This document shows, in pieces, positions 1 through 10,953 of a stretch of DNA of 64,000 nucleotides. Source of the DNA: Chloroflexota bacterium. Lineage in GTDB: Bacteria > Chloroflexota > Dehalococcoidia > Lucifugimonadales > GCA-002723415. Below the pieces are notes generated by a model. The model was given only the letters and a program-made list of their open reading frames with translations, was not told the origin of the DNA and did no database searches. The stretch lies in assembly GCA_002721445.1 (NCBI GenBank), contig PBKN01000012.1:8362-72361 (forward strand). The letters are read 5' to 3'. The position numbers and the translations under genes were made by a program. Each line of letters begins with the position of its first letter. Position 1 is the stretch's first letter.

Positions 1-1494
1 CCTTACAGAGTATCAGCTCATGGCTTTGGAGAAAGATACGACCTCCCAATTCCTTTAAATTATTTTTTGATCGGAAGCTCACTCACAATAATAATTTCAT
101 TTATATTAATTGGTATATTTATAAAACAAAAAAATATAGCTAATTTATTTCATGAAAACCTTGACCCATATAAAAAGCAAAATTTTTTATCTAGAAAATT
201 AGCATTCAATAAATTTTCAAAAATACTAATCAATTTATTAAAAACTGTCTCAGTTATATTATTTTTACTCACTATTATTTCAGGTTCTATTGGAAATCAA
301 GACCCATATAAAAATTTTTCAGTCACATTTGTATGGATTATTTGGTGGGTAGGATTGGGATATATAAATGCGATTATTGGAGATGTTTGGAACATCATAA
401 ATCCATGGAAAATAATATTTGAATTTTTTGAGAATAATTTTAAACATTCCAAAAATTACTACCCTATATATAAATATCCAAAAAAGCTGGATGCCTGGCC
501 TTCAGTAATTTTATTTTTATTATTTGCATGGTTTGAAAATATTTTTGACACATCTACACCGTATAAATTAAGTAACTTAATTATTATCTATTCTATAATT
601 ACTTGGACAGGCATGATACTTTATGGCAAATACGCATGGATTGAATACGCTGACCCATTTTCAAAATTCTTCAAAATAATGTCAAAATTCTCTATTACAG
701 AAATTAAAATTCTAGACACAAACAATTGCAAATTATGTGAATTTAATTGTATCGAAAATAACGAATGCATAGATTGCTACTCATGCCAAGAAACTTCTTC
801 TAAAAAAAATAAAAGATTAAAATTCAGATTCCCTGGTATGGGTTTAATAAAAACACAAAATATTACTATGGCTACATCTATATTTGTACTTTGCCAACTT
901 GCTACAGTATCATTTGATGGTATAGTTGAAACTCCATTTTGGGTAACAATACAAATTCATATTTTTTCTGCTGTATCTGTATTTGGACCAAATACAGTTG
1001 CAAATATTAATACTTTAGGATTAATATTATTTCCAATAGTTTTTATCATGTTATATGGTATTTTTATATGGTATATATATATATATTCAGGAAAATCATT
1101 AGATGCAATATATATATTTAAAAAATTCACATTATCTCTTATTCCTATAGCATTAGCTTACCACTTTGCTCATTATTTAAGTTATATACTTATTCAAGGT
1201 CAATATATAATACCTTTATTATCTGACCCTTTCGGAAATGGTTTGAATATTATTGGGACTGCAAATAATACAATTAATATATCTATCATTAATGCAAAAA
1301 TAGCTTGGTTTATATCACTTATTTCTATAATATCTGGACATATAATTTCTATATTTGTTGCACATATAATAGCATTGAAAATTTTTAAAAATCAAAATAT
1401 AGCTATTCGAAGTCAATACCCAATGTTATTTCTAATGGTATTTTATACTGCTTTAAGTCTATGGATCATAGCTCAACCTATAGTAGAAAGTTAA
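1..1494 (+). CDS. Polytopic integral membrane protein, 5'-truncated by the window edge; resembles the large membrane proteins often annotated 'fenitrothion hydrolase'-like
   Basis: Frame 1 is open from base 1 (PYRVSAHGFGERYDLPIPLNYFLIGSS...), upstream of the TTG start reported at 67. Many hydrophobic segments, with a Cys-rich loop CKLCEFNCIENNECIDCYSC. Confidence 0.6.
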   Translation, partial: PYRVSAHGFGERYDLPIPLNYFLIGSSLTIIISFILIGIFIKQKNIANLFHENLDPYKKQNFLSRKLAFNKFSKILINLLKTVSVILFLLTIISGSIGNQDPYKNFSVTFVWIIWWVGLGYINAIIGDVWNIINPWKIIFEFFENNFKHSKNYYPIYKYPKKLDAWPSVILFLLFAWFENIFDTSTPYKLSNLIIIYSIITWTGMILYGKYAWIEYADPFSKFFKIMSKFSITEIKILDTNNCKLCEFNCIENNECIDCYSCQETSSKKNKRLKFRFPGMGLIKTQNITMATSIFVLCQLATVSFDGIVETPFWVTIQIHIFSAVSVFGPNTVANINTLGLILFPIVFIMLYGIFIWYIYIYSGKSLDAIYIFKKFTLSLIPIALAYHFAHYLSYILIQGQYIIPLLSDPFGNGLNIIGTANNTINISIINAKIAWFISLISIISGHIISIFVAHIIALKIFKNQNIAIRSQYPMLFLMVFYTALSLWIIAQPIVES

Positions 1495-2486
1495 GCACAA
1501 GAAGGATCGCTAGAATCCCATCTATTATAGCTTTGCTCTTCACCAATGCTTAAATTTTGTCTTGCTTTTATCCAGCTTTCAGCCCAAGCTACAGGGTCAT
1601 GTAACTCACTACTAGGGTTTTTCTTGCTTCTTGCAACAAAACCTGGAAATGTATCTCTACCAGTCGGTTCCCCAATTGGATTATATCTTAAATCAAGACT
1701 CCAACGAATTCTATTACTTTTATTTGGTAATGAACCATGACATGTCATTTTATTTAATAGTAAAATACTTCCTCTTTTCATTGGAATAGGAATAGCATCA
1801 TTTACTCGAAAAAGTTTATCAGGAATATGCAACCCAAAACCACCTCTTGCATCTTTAAGAATTGATTGAGGACAATGAGTTTTCAGACCTTCTATATGAC
1901 TTTCTGGGACCACATGTAAACATCCATCTCTTTCAGCAGCATCCCATATAGGTATCCATACTGTTAACATATTTGTCTCATCTGCATCTGCATTAGCAAC
2001 CCCATTATCCTGGTGCCAAGGAGTAGCACCTAATTGAACAGTTTTAGTACCAGCATGAACCGGAGTTCTATTCTCAGGAGGTTTTAATCTGACATGTTGT
2101 ATTGGATTTGAATAAATTTCAGGACCTATTATATCTTCTACAACATCTAATATGGATGGGCTTGATAAAACATTAAAAACTGCAGGCCCATGCCACATAG
2201 GTGTATCTATTTTTATACCATTTTGAGGTAAGGAAAAATCAAAATATTGAGCATGAATTTTACCTGATTCTTCACATATCTTCGTTAATCTTTCACTGAA
2301 ATTATCATCTTTATACTTAGAGCTAATTAAACCTTTATCATATAAATCATTAGCTAGAAAATCTAAAACCATTTTATACTCATTTATTAATGGATCTAAA
2401 ACAGCTTCTGGATCCAATACATCTTCTACTATTAGATAACCTTGTTTATTAAAAGTATCAATTTCATTATTATTTAAAAAAGTCAT
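1491..2486 (-). CDS. Phytanoyl-CoA dioxygenase (PhyH) family Fe(II)/2-oxoglutarate oxygenase
   Basis: 331 aa; N-terminal FNKQGYLIVEDVLD, metal motif HQD (TPWHQDNGV), distal MTCHGS...R. Stop codons overlap the convergent upstream gene by 4 nt. Confidence 0.85.
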   Translation of the reverse strand: MTFLNNNEIDTFNKQGYLIVEDVLDPEAVLDPLINEYKMVLDFLANDLYDKGLISSKYKDDNFSERLTKICEESGKIHAQYFDFSLPQNGIKIDTPMWHGPAVFNVLSSPSILDVVEDIIGPEIYSNPIQHVRLKPPENRTPVHAGTKTVQLGATPWHQDNGVANADADETNMLTVWIPIWDAAERDGCLHVVPESHIEGLKTHCPQSILKDARGGFGLHIPDKLFRVNDAIPIPMKRGSILLLNKMTCHGSLPNKSNRIRWSLDLRYNPIGEPTGRDTFPGFVARSKKNPSSELHDPVAWAESWIKARQNLSIGEEQSYNRWDSSDPSCA

Positions 2487-2621
2487 AGATTTAACTCCTT
2501 AAAAATTAAGAAAATAATTTTAAATATATTACAATGTATTTAAAATTATTACAATAATTGACCTATCATCAAATTAATCGTATTTTATAATTGTTTTAAC
2601 AATTATAACCGAAGGTGAAAA

Positions 2622-4715
2622 ATGGAATCTTTTAGAATAGGAGTAGATATTGGAGGAACATTTACAGATATTGTGTTCTTAGGTGATAAAGGTACTGTTT
2701 TAATAAAAAAAGTAGCGAGTACTCCGCAGGATTACAGTAATTCTGTAATTCAAGGAATATCAGAAGGCATTAAAGAACTTAATATCAATTCTTCTGATAT
2801 CACAGAAATTAATCATGGATTTACAGTAGCAACTAATGCCATATTAGAAGGTAAAGGCGAGCGAATAGCTTTAATTACAACAAAAGGCTTTAGGGATGTA
2901 TTAGAAATTGCACGATTGCGTACCCCTAGATTATATGATCTGTATTATCAAAAACCTACCCCAATAGTAGAAAGAAGGTTACGTTTTGAAATAGACGAAC
3001 GTGTCAATTTCAAAGGTGAAATACTTAAAGATTTAGACTATAACTCCTTAAAATTAATAACTAAAAATATTCAATCAGAAAAAATTCAATCCGTAGCAAT
3101 TTGCCTTTTACATTCATATGCAAATTCAAAACATGAATTAGAAATTTCTAATTTTTTAAAATCCCATATACCTAATATTAATTTATCTGTTTCTAGTGAA
3201 ATACTTCCTGAAATGCGCGAATATGAAAGAACAAGTACTACTGTTATAAATGCTTATATCAGACCAGTTGTAAAAGATTATTTAGAAAACCTTAACAATC
3301 AACTTGCAAATCTAGGTTTTAAAGTTCCTCTTACTATTATGCAATCAAATGGAGGATTATCTCCTGTAAATCTTGCGATAGAAAAACCTATCTTTTGTAT
3401 TGAATCAGGTCCTGCTGCTGGAGTAGTAGGAGCTTTTCATTTAGGTAATCATATTGGAACAGAAAACTTCATGACTTTTGATATGGGTGGAACAACTGCT
3501 AAGGCATCTATTATTGAAAATGGAGAAATGCTATTAGCACCTGAATATGAAGTCGGAGGGGGTATGAGTGCAGGACATAGGCTGTTAAAAGGATCAGGTT
3601 ACATGCTAAGAGTACCATCAATTGATATAGCTGAAGTTAGCTCTGGAGGAGGTAGTATAGCCTGGATAGATAAAGCTGAAGCACTACAAATAGGACCTCA
3701 AAGCTCAGGTGCTGATCCAGGACCAGCATGCTATGACAAAGGAGGAAATAACCCTACAGTTACTGATGCAAATGTAATATTAGGTTATTTGAACCCTAAA
3801 AACTTATTAGGTGGAAATTTCCTTATTAATTCAAGTAAAGCACAAAAAATAATCTCAGAAAATATTAGTGCCCCCCTAGGCATATCTGAAATCGAATCAG
3901 CTTGGGGAATACATATTCTAGTAAATTCAAATATGGGTAGAGCATTGAGAGCAGTATCTAGCGAAAGAGGAAGGGATCCACGTAAATTTACATTAGTTGC
4001 ATTCGGTGGTGGAGGGCCTATTCACGCTACAGGAATAGCTGAAAGCTTAGGAATAACAAAAATATTAATCCCACCCTCACCTGGAGTTTTTAGTGCTTTT
4101 GGCTTGTTATTTGCAAACGTAGAATATCATCTAGTAAAAACTTATTTTAACCCATTAAGTAACTTAAAATTAAAAGAAGCCAACGGAGTACTAGATAAAT
4201 TAATATCTCAAGGAAAAGAATTATTAATTTCTGAAGGATTTAATTCTCTGCAACAAGAGATAATAATACAATTAGATATGAAATATATTGGACAAACTTC
4301 AGAATTGACAATCAGGATGCCCGACCAATCCTTTACAATTGAATCTATTAATAAGATTCAAGAAATTTACATGAATGAACATGACAAAACTTTTGGATAC
4401 AGAGTTGATGAACCTATGCAATTAGTTAACATTCGAATAATTGCTAGAGGTATATCAAGTGAATCCAGAGTTCCTGATAAAATTAATTCTTCTAATAAAA
4501 TTAATCAAAGTAAAAATGACAATAAACGAAAGGTTTATTTTGGTCAAAATATTGGATGGATTAATACTAATATTGTTGATAGATTATTTTTAAATAAAAA
4601 GCCTCATAAAGGCCCAATAATTATAGAGGAATATGATTCAACTACTATCGTACCACCGAATTGGAATGCATCATTAGATTCAATGAATAATATTATACTA
4701 GAAAAAACCAATTAA
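2622..4715 (+). CDS. hyuA: Hydantoinase/oxoprolinase/acetone carboxylase family subunit A (HyuA-like)
   Basis: 697 aa; RIGVDIGGTFTDIVF N-terminus, FDMGGTTAKAS, SGPAAGVVGA and ERGRDPRKFTLVAFGGGGP motifs. Confidence 0.92.
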   Translation: MESFRIGVDIGGTFTDIVFLGDKGTVLIKKVASTPQDYSNSVIQGISEGIKELNINSSDITEINHGFTVATNAILEGKGERIALITTKGFRDVLEIARLRTPRLYDLYYQKPTPIVERRLRFEIDERVNFKGEILKDLDYNSLKLITKNIQSEKIQSVAICLLHSYANSKHELEISNFLKSHIPNINLSVSSEILPEMREYERTSTTVINAYIRPVVKDYLENLNNQLANLGFKVPLTIMQSNGGLSPVNLAIEKPIFCIESGPAAGVVGAFHLGNHIGTENFMTFDMGGTTAKASIIENGEMLLAPEYEVGGGMSAGHRLLKGSGYMLRVPSIDIAEVSSGGGSIAWIDKAEALQIGPQSSGADPGPACYDKGGNNPTVTDANVILGYLNPKNLLGGNFLINSSKAQKIISENISAPLGISEIESAWGIHILVNSNMGRALRAVSSERGRDPRKFTLVAFGGGGPIHATGIAESLGITKILIPPSPGVFSAFGLLFANVEYHLVKTYFNPLSNLKLKEANGVLDKLISQGKELLISEGFNSLQQEIIIQLDMKYIGQTSELTIRMPDQSFTIESINKIQEIYMNEHDKTFGYRVDEPMQLVNIRIIARGISSESRVPDKINSSNKINQSKNDNKRKVYFGQNIGWINTNIVDRLFLNKKPHKGPIIIEEYDSTTIVPPNWNASLDSMNNIILEKTN

Positions 4716-4736
4716 AATAAATTTGAATGTGAGGTA

Positions 4737-6539
4737 TTGATGAATAAACCTGAAGCTTTTGATTCAGTAACGAGGGAAATAATAAAAAATTATCTATCTA
4801 GCGCAGCTGACACAATGGCAGTAACAGTAGTAAGAACAGCTAGATCTGCTGTTGTAAAAGATGGAATGGATTTTTCTACCGCAATATTTACTGCTGAAGG
4901 GGATCAAGTAGCTCAAGGATTAACATTACCTTTTCATATGGGAGCTATGCAACCAGCTTTAAAAGCTGTAATCGATTACTTTGGTAAAGATATTAAAGAC
5001 GGAGATATATTTGCAAATAATGACCCTTATGAAGGTGCTAGTCATTTACCTGATATTTTCTTATTTAAACCAATATTCTATAACAATATTTTAGTTGCTT
5101 GGACATGTGTGATTGCGCACCATACCGACATTGGAGGTAGAGTTGCAGGAGGAAATGCTTGTGATAATACTGAAATTTATCAAGAAGGACTAAGAATACC
5201 TCCAATCAAATTAATCGAACAAGGATCTATAAACAACGCTGTATGGCGAATACTGCAAAAAAATGTACGCGTTCCTGATATGGTAATAGGTGATGTTCTA
5301 GCACAAATTTCAGCACTAAAACAAGGTGAAAGAGATGTTATTCATCTAATTGATGAATATGGTATTGAAAATATGAAAGTCTATATGACAGATATAATTG
5401 ATTATACTGAACGATTAACTAGAGCTGAAATAAAAGCACTTCCTGATGGCAGTTGGGATTTTACAGATTATATTGACGATGACGGAATTTCAACTGACCC
5501 TATAGCTATTAAAGCTAAAGTTACTATAAAAAATGATGAATTACATGTAGATTTTACAGGTACATCACCTCAAGCTAAAGGTTCTATAAACCCTACTCTA
5601 CCTTTTACTAAAGCTGCAGTTTATACAGTATTCAAAAATTTAACTAACCCAGATATAACTGCAAATACTGGATTTTTTAGGCCTATTAAAGTTACTGCAC
5701 CTCCTGGATGTTATGTAAATGCGCAACATCCTGCTCCTGTAGCTGCTAGAGGTTTGGGAGGATTCAGAGTAGCCCATACAGTTTTTGGAGCTATGGCAAA
5801 AGCTTTACCTAATAAAGTCCCAGGTGCTTGGGGAGGTGGAGAAGTAGCTGTAAGTTTTGGAGGTTATTACCCTAATGGTAAAGCTTTTGTATTTGTAGAA
5901 TTTAACAATGATGGTCCAAGAGGTGGTGGGCCTCACGTAGATGGTGCAGATGGCGCAGCTGCTCCAGTCACCAACCAAGCAAATACTCCTATAGAAAGCA
6001 TAGAAGCTAATTACCCTTTACAAATTAATAGGTATGGATTTATAAAAAATACTGAGGGAGCTGGTGAATATAGAGGTGGCATGGGAATTGTTAGAGAATT
6101 CCAATTGTTACATGAAGAAGCAACTCTTCAAATCAGATCAGATCGAAGCAAGTTTTTACCTTGGGGTAATCAAGGTGGCCACCCTGGGACAAGAAATTTC
6201 AACATACTTAATCCTAGCTCAGATAATACTTTATTACCTTCAAAATTCCTTAAAACACTGAAAAAAGATGAAGTTTACAGATTAATTCAATCAGGTGGGG
6301 GTGGTTATGGCAACCCTATTAATAGAAATCCTAAATCTGTATTAAAGGACTTTTTAGAAGAAAAAATTACATCTAAACGAGCTAAAGACATATATGGTGT
6401 AGTAATTAATAAAAATAAAATCAATACTAACGCAACAAAACTTTTAAGAGATAAATTAAAGAAAAATATTAAAAAAACCAAACTAACCCCAGAAGCAACT
6501 CCTGTAGTCGGAAATTCAAAACCACCATTATTTAATTAG
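4737..6539 (+). CDS. hyuB: Hydantoinase B/oxoprolinase family subunit (HyuB-like)
   Basis: 600 aa; NDPYEGASHLPDIF, AHHTDIGG, GPRGGGPHVDGADG, SGGGGYGNP motifs. Directly downstream of hyuA. Confidence 0.92.
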   Translation: MMNKPEAFDSVTREIIKNYLSSAADTMAVTVVRTARSAVVKDGMDFSTAIFTAEGDQVAQGLTLPFHMGAMQPALKAVIDYFGKDIKDGDIFANNDPYEGASHLPDIFLFKPIFYNNILVAWTCVIAHHTDIGGRVAGGNACDNTEIYQEGLRIPPIKLIEQGSINNAVWRILQKNVRVPDMVIGDVLAQISALKQGERDVIHLIDEYGIENMKVYMTDIIDYTERLTRAEIKALPDGSWDFTDYIDDDGISTDPIAIKAKVTIKNDELHVDFTGTSPQAKGSINPTLPFTKAAVYTVFKNLTNPDITANTGFFRPIKVTAPPGCYVNAQHPAPVAARGLGGFRVAHTVFGAMAKALPNKVPGAWGGGEVAVSFGGYYPNGKAFVFVEFNNDGPRGGGPHVDGADGAAAPVTNQANTPIESIEANYPLQINRYGFIKNTEGAGEYRGGMGIVREFQLLHEEATLQIRSDRSKFLPWGNQGGHPGTRNFNILNPSSDNTLLPSKFLKTLKKDEVYRLIQSGGGGYGNPINRNPKSVLKDFLEEKITSKRAKDIYGVVINKNKINTNATKLLRDKLKKNIKKTKLTPEATPVVGNSKPPLFN

Positions 6540-6623
6540 CATAAATTTATATCTATGATATAGAGTATTGTGTTATAATACTGCTTGCTTAAACCCTCTA
6601 TTTTTTAATTAAAAAAGACATAT

Positions 6624-7598
6624 ATGATAGGAGACAATGTGGCTATTTCACAAGAATTAAAAATCGTGACTGGTAATTCTCATCGTTCATTAGCTAATGA
6701 AATTTGTAAATACTTAGACACAACGCTTAGTGACTGTGAAGTTTTTAAATTTAGTAACGATAACATATTTGTAAAATATAATGAAAATATTCGAGAAAAA
6801 GATGTTTTTATTATACAATCTATATCCACTCCTGTAAGTGACCATTTAATGGAATTATTAATAATGATTGATGCTGCAAAAAGAGCTTCTGCAGGTAGAA
6901 TTACAGCAGTAATGCCATATTTCGCGTACGGAAGAAGTGATAAAAAAGACCAACCTAGAGTACCTATAACTGCAAGATTAATCGCAAACTTAATTACTGT
7001 AGCTGGAGCAGATAGAGTACTTACAATGGATCTTCATGCAGGTCAAATTCAAGGTTTTTTTAATATTCCGGTTGATGAACTTAGCGCTGTACCAATTTTA
7101 GCCCAAGATTTTAAGGAAAATGGCCCAACAAACTCAGTAGTTGCTGCTACAGACGTTGGGGATGCAAAAAGAGCCAGGAATACTGCAGATATATTGAAAA
7201 TGCCGATCGCAATAGTGGAAAAACAAAGATTAGGTAATGAAGAAAAAATTGGATCAGGAACATTAATTGGAAAAGTTAAAGGATTAAATTCTATTATTAT
7301 TGATGATGAAATAGGAACTGGAGGTACAGTTATTTCAGCAGCAAATATTTTAAAAGAAAATGGTGCAAAAGATATTTATTGCTATGTAACACATCCAGTT
7401 TTATCAGGAAATGCTGCAAAATTAATATCTGATAGCGTAATAAAAAATCTAGTAATAACAAACACATTACCAATTACAAAAAAACAAACTTCTGACAAAT
7501 TAAGAACTGTTTCAATTGCAAATTTATTTGGAGAAGCTATATTTAGAATTCACAATGGCTTATCAATTGGAGCCATGTTTAACCAAAAAATAATATAA
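6624..7598 (+). CDS. prs: Ribose-phosphate pyrophosphokinase
   Basis: 324 aa; FGRSDKKDQPRVPITARLIANLI-like motif, ADRVLTMDLHAGQIQGFF, PRPP loop IIDDEIGTGGT. Confidence 0.96.
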   Translation: MIGDNVAISQELKIVTGNSHRSLANEICKYLDTTLSDCEVFKFSNDNIFVKYNENIREKDVFIIQSISTPVSDHLMELLIMIDAAKRASAGRITAVMPYFAYGRSDKKDQPRVPITARLIANLITVAGADRVLTMDLHAGQIQGFFNIPVDELSAVPILAQDFKENGPTNSVVAATDVGDAKRARNTADILKMPIAIVEKQRLGNEEKIGSGTLIGKVKGLNSIIIDDEIGTGGTVISAANILKENGAKDIYCYVTHPVLSGNAAKLISDSVIKNLVITNTLPITKKQTSDKLRTVSIANLFGEAIFRIHNGLSIGAMFNQKII

Positions 7599-7635
7599 TA
7601 ATTATTTATCCATTAAGGATAAGGAGAAATTCTAA

Positions 7636-10212
7636 TTGAAATGGCTGACTAATCTATTTGGTGATTCTAATGACAAATTAATAGAAAAAATGCGTATTAC
7701 TGTTGACGAAATAAACAGTAAAGAGCAAAGTTTTTCTAATTTATCTGAAATAGATTTAAAAAACTATACTTCTAAATTAAAAAATTCTATAAAAACAAAA
7801 TCTCTTAACATAGAAGATGTTTTAATAGAAGCTTTTTCCTTAGTAAGAGAAGCATCTAAAAGATCACTAAATCAAAGACACTTTAATGTTCAATTGTTAG
7901 GTGGGATCACCTTGCATCAAGGTAAAATTGCAGAAATGAAAACTGGAGAAGGTAAAACTTTAGTATCAACATTAGCTACATACCTAAATGCTTTAGAAGA
8001 AAAAGGGGTTCATGTAATTACTGTTAATGATTATTTAGCTAAAAGAGATGCAGAGTGGATGGGTAAGATCTTTGACATGCTAGGATTGTCAGTTGGGGTA
8101 TTACAGCATGAAGCATCATTTATTTATAATTCTGAAGATAATGACGAAAAATTAAAACCTGTAGAAAGAAAAGATGCATATAATGCAGATATAACTTATG
8201 GAACAAATAATGAATTTGGTTTTGATTACCTTAGAGACAATATGACAAATCAATCATCTCTTAAAGTTCAAAGACCATTAAATTTTGCAATAGTCGATGA
8301 AGTAGACAACATATTGATTGATGAAGCAAGAACTCCATTAATTATAAGTGGCCCATCAAGTCAATCACCAAATGAATATTATAAATTTGCAAAAATAGTT
8401 CCTCGATTATCAATTGAAAAAGATTACACTATTGATGAAAAACATAAAAATGTATCACTCACAATTGAAGGAACAGATCAAATAGAAAAAATTTTAAATA
8501 TAGAAAATTTATATGCCCCTGACAATTTTAATTTGGTTCATTTTGTAGAAAATGCTCTAAAAGCTAATACTCTTTTTCAAAAAGATCGAGAATATGTAAT
8601 AAATGAAGGACAAATAGTATTAGTAGATGAATTTACTGGACGTCTAATGCATGGACGAAGGTATTCAGACGGACTACATCAAGCTTTAGAAGCTAAAGAA
8701 AATTTAAAAGTACAAAGAGAAACTATAACTTATGCAACAATCACTCTTCAAAACTATTTTAGAATGTATCCAAAATTATCTGGTATGACTGGAACTGCAT
8801 CAACTGAAGCTGAAGAATTTTGGAAAATTTATAAACTAGAAGTTATAGAAATACCTACAAATAAAGATATGCTAAGAAAAGACTCATCAGATTTGATTTT
8901 CAAAGATCAAAAATCAAAAATGCAGGCAATACTTAAAGAAATAAAAATTCGTCATGAAAAAATGCAACCTATACTTATTGGCACTACAGATATAGAAAAA
9001 TCTGAAACAATAAGTAAAAGTTTAAAGAATATAGGTATTAAGCATTCTGTTTTAAATGCTAAACATCATGAAAAAGAAGCATCAATAATTGAAAATGCCG
9101 GGCAACCTGGGGCTGTTACAGTAGCTACGAATATGGCAGGAAGAGGAACAGATATAGTATTAGGAGGAAAAGATATTGATTCAAAAGAAGAATGGGAAAA
9201 ATTGCACAATAAAGTATTAGAATTAGGTGGATTACACATAATTGGTACAGAAAGACATGAATCAAGAAGGATAGACAATCAATTAAGAGGACGAGCAGGA
9301 AGACAAGGAGACCCTGGAAGTTCATCCTTTTATGTTGCTATGGATGATGAATTAATGAGAAGATTTGGTGGAGAACGAATAAAAACAGTAATGGATTGGG
9401 CAGGGATGGACTCGTCTACACCTGTTGAAAACAAGATGATAAATAGGAGTATAGAAAGTGCTCAAACAAAAGTGGAATCTCAAAATTTTGATATAAGAAA
9501 ACAATTAGTAGAATATGATGATGTAATCAATGCACAAAGGGAGATTATATATAAAGAAAGAAATAAAGTATTAGACGAAGAAGCTGATCTAAAATTAAAT
9601 ATTAATCAAATAATATTTGAAAAAATTGAAGAATTAATATCAGAGTTTATACCTGAAAACCACTCTCCAAACTGGGATCCAAATGATTTAATAAATGAAT
9701 TAAATTTGATATTCAATTCATTTATTAAATTTGAGGATAAATCTTTATTTATTTCAAAACAACCTAACGAAATAAAATCATACCTAGAAGCCCAAATTGA
9801 AAATGCATATACAGAATTAGAGAATAGATTGACTCCAGAAATTTTAAGGCAATTAGAAAAATCTATCATGCTTCAATCAATAGATAGTAATTGGGTTCAA
9901 CACTTAACAAATATAGATAATCTAAGGCAAGGTATTGGATTACATGCAGCCGGACAAAGAGATCCCCTCATTATGTACAAAAAAGAAGCCTATGAAATGT
10001 TTCAAAATCTTGAATATAAAATCAGACAAGATGTAGCATATGCCATATTTAATGTTCAATTAGCATCTAAACCAAGTAACCAAACAATAAATAAAAATTT
10101 AAATATAAATAACAAAACAAATAATCCTTTATCAAAAGGACTTAAACTAGGTAGAAATTCACCATGTCATTGTGGCAGCGGTATTAAGTATAAGAGATGT
10201 CATGGTTCTTGA
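7636..10212 (+). CDS. secA: Preprotein translocase ATPase SecA
   Basis: 858 aa; AEMKTGEGKTL Walker A, GRLMHGRRYSDGLHQALEAKE, TNMAGRGTDI, C-terminal SEC-C zinc motif SPCHCGSGIKYKRCHG. TTG start. Confidence 0.98.
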   Translation: MKWLTNLFGDSNDKLIEKMRITVDEINSKEQSFSNLSEIDLKNYTSKLKNSIKTKSLNIEDVLIEAFSLVREASKRSLNQRHFNVQLLGGITLHQGKIAEMKTGEGKTLVSTLATYLNALEEKGVHVITVNDYLAKRDAEWMGKIFDMLGLSVGVLQHEASFIYNSEDNDEKLKPVERKDAYNADITYGTNNEFGFDYLRDNMTNQSSLKVQRPLNFAIVDEVDNILIDEARTPLIISGPSSQSPNEYYKFAKIVPRLSIEKDYTIDEKHKNVSLTIEGTDQIEKILNIENLYAPDNFNLVHFVENALKANTLFQKDREYVINEGQIVLVDEFTGRLMHGRRYSDGLHQALEAKENLKVQRETITYATITLQNYFRMYPKLSGMTGTASTEAEEFWKIYKLEVIEIPTNKDMLRKDSSDLIFKDQKSKMQAILKEIKIRHEKMQPILIGTTDIEKSETISKSLKNIGIKHSVLNAKHHEKEASIIENAGQPGAVTVATNMAGRGTDIVLGGKDIDSKEEWEKLHNKVLELGGLHIIGTERHESRRIDNQLRGRAGRQGDPGSSSFYVAMDDELMRRFGGERIKTVMDWAGMDSSTPVENKMINRSIESAQTKVESQNFDIRKQLVEYDDVINAQREIIYKERNKVLDEEADLKLNINQIIFEKIEELISEFIPENHSPNWDPNDLINELNLIFNSFIKFEDKSLFISKQPNEIKSYLEAQIENAYTELENRLTPEILRQLEKSIMLQSIDSNWVQHLTNIDNLRQGIGLHAAGQRDPLIMYKKEAYEMFQNLEYKIRQDVAYAIFNVQLASKPSNQTINKNLNINNKTNNPLSKGLKLGRNSPCHCGSGIKYKRCHGS

Positions 10213-10233
10213 TATTTTGTAAAGAATTTTATT

Positions 10234-10953
10234 ATGACAGAATCAATAAATCACTTGAACAACTCTATTAAAAATGGAAAAAGCTGGTTTATATCTCTAT
10301 TAGAATCAATTTCAATTTGGACAAAACCTGAAGAGAAATACAATAATAATAACTATATATATTTTTTAGATGGAGAAGCATTTGACTGGTTAGTTTTAGC
10401 TGAAAGGTTATGTTATGAAATTAATAATTTTAATTTATACAAAAAAGAAATAGAAAAATTCATAACCTATGGCGAGCTACCCGAAATAATATCACTCTCT
10501 ATTTTTAAAAATTCAATTGGTCTTAGTAAGTATAGAGGTTATTTAAATTATTTTTATGGAATTACGATAGAAGAATCACTATTAATATCAGTTGAAAGTG
10601 AAATACAAAAACGCAATTTGAGTAATGGGAAACAGTTCAATCAAGATTATACAGAACTAGCATTTGAAAGTATTTATTTATCAAGCCAAACCGTATTATT
10701 AGGCAATTTTTTTGAAGAACAAAAAATAAAACCTAAAAAACATCTGTCTATAACTGAAAATAAATTATTCACATATTGGTTATTCAAATATAGACTTAAA
10801 TCTTCAGATAAGTCTAGATCTGCAAGTTATACAAAAAAGGGAATAAATCAATTTTATAAGATCCAAAACTCCTCTAAAATAAATAATACTTCTGCCAAAT
10901 TACTAAACAAAAAATCTGCCTTAGATGCTTTTAATTCATATGATAAAAATTAA
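10234..10953 (+). CDS. Hypothetical protein downstream of secA
   Basis: 239 aa ORF on the coding strand, 21 nt after the secA stop. Stop overlaps the convergent valS end by 4 nt. No motif recognised. Confidence 0.6.
   Translation: MTESINHLNNSIKNGKSWFISLLESISIWTKPEEKYNNNNYIYFLDGEAFDWLVLAERLCYEINNFNLYKKEIEKFITYGELPEIISLSIFKNSIGLSKYRGYLNYFYGITIEESLLISVESEIQKRNLSNGKQFNQDYTELAFESIYLSSQTVLLGNFFEEQKIKPKKHLSITENKLFTYWLFKYRLKSSDKSRSASYTKKGINQFYKIQNSSKINNTSAKLLNKKSALDAFNSYDKN

Noticed and set aside
1546-1740. 64-aa ORF on the + strand
   Set aside because: Lies entirely antisense within the well-supported PhyH gene 1491-2486. No motif and no independent ribosome-binding support.
6064-6261. 65-aa + ORF inside hyuB
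   Set aside because: Out-of-frame overlap with conserved HyuB sequence; considered spurious.
9066-9869. Three minus-strand ORFs (9066-9278, 9125-9325, 9606-9869)
   Set aside because: Antisense to conserved secA and two overlap each other. Composition reflects the coding strand.
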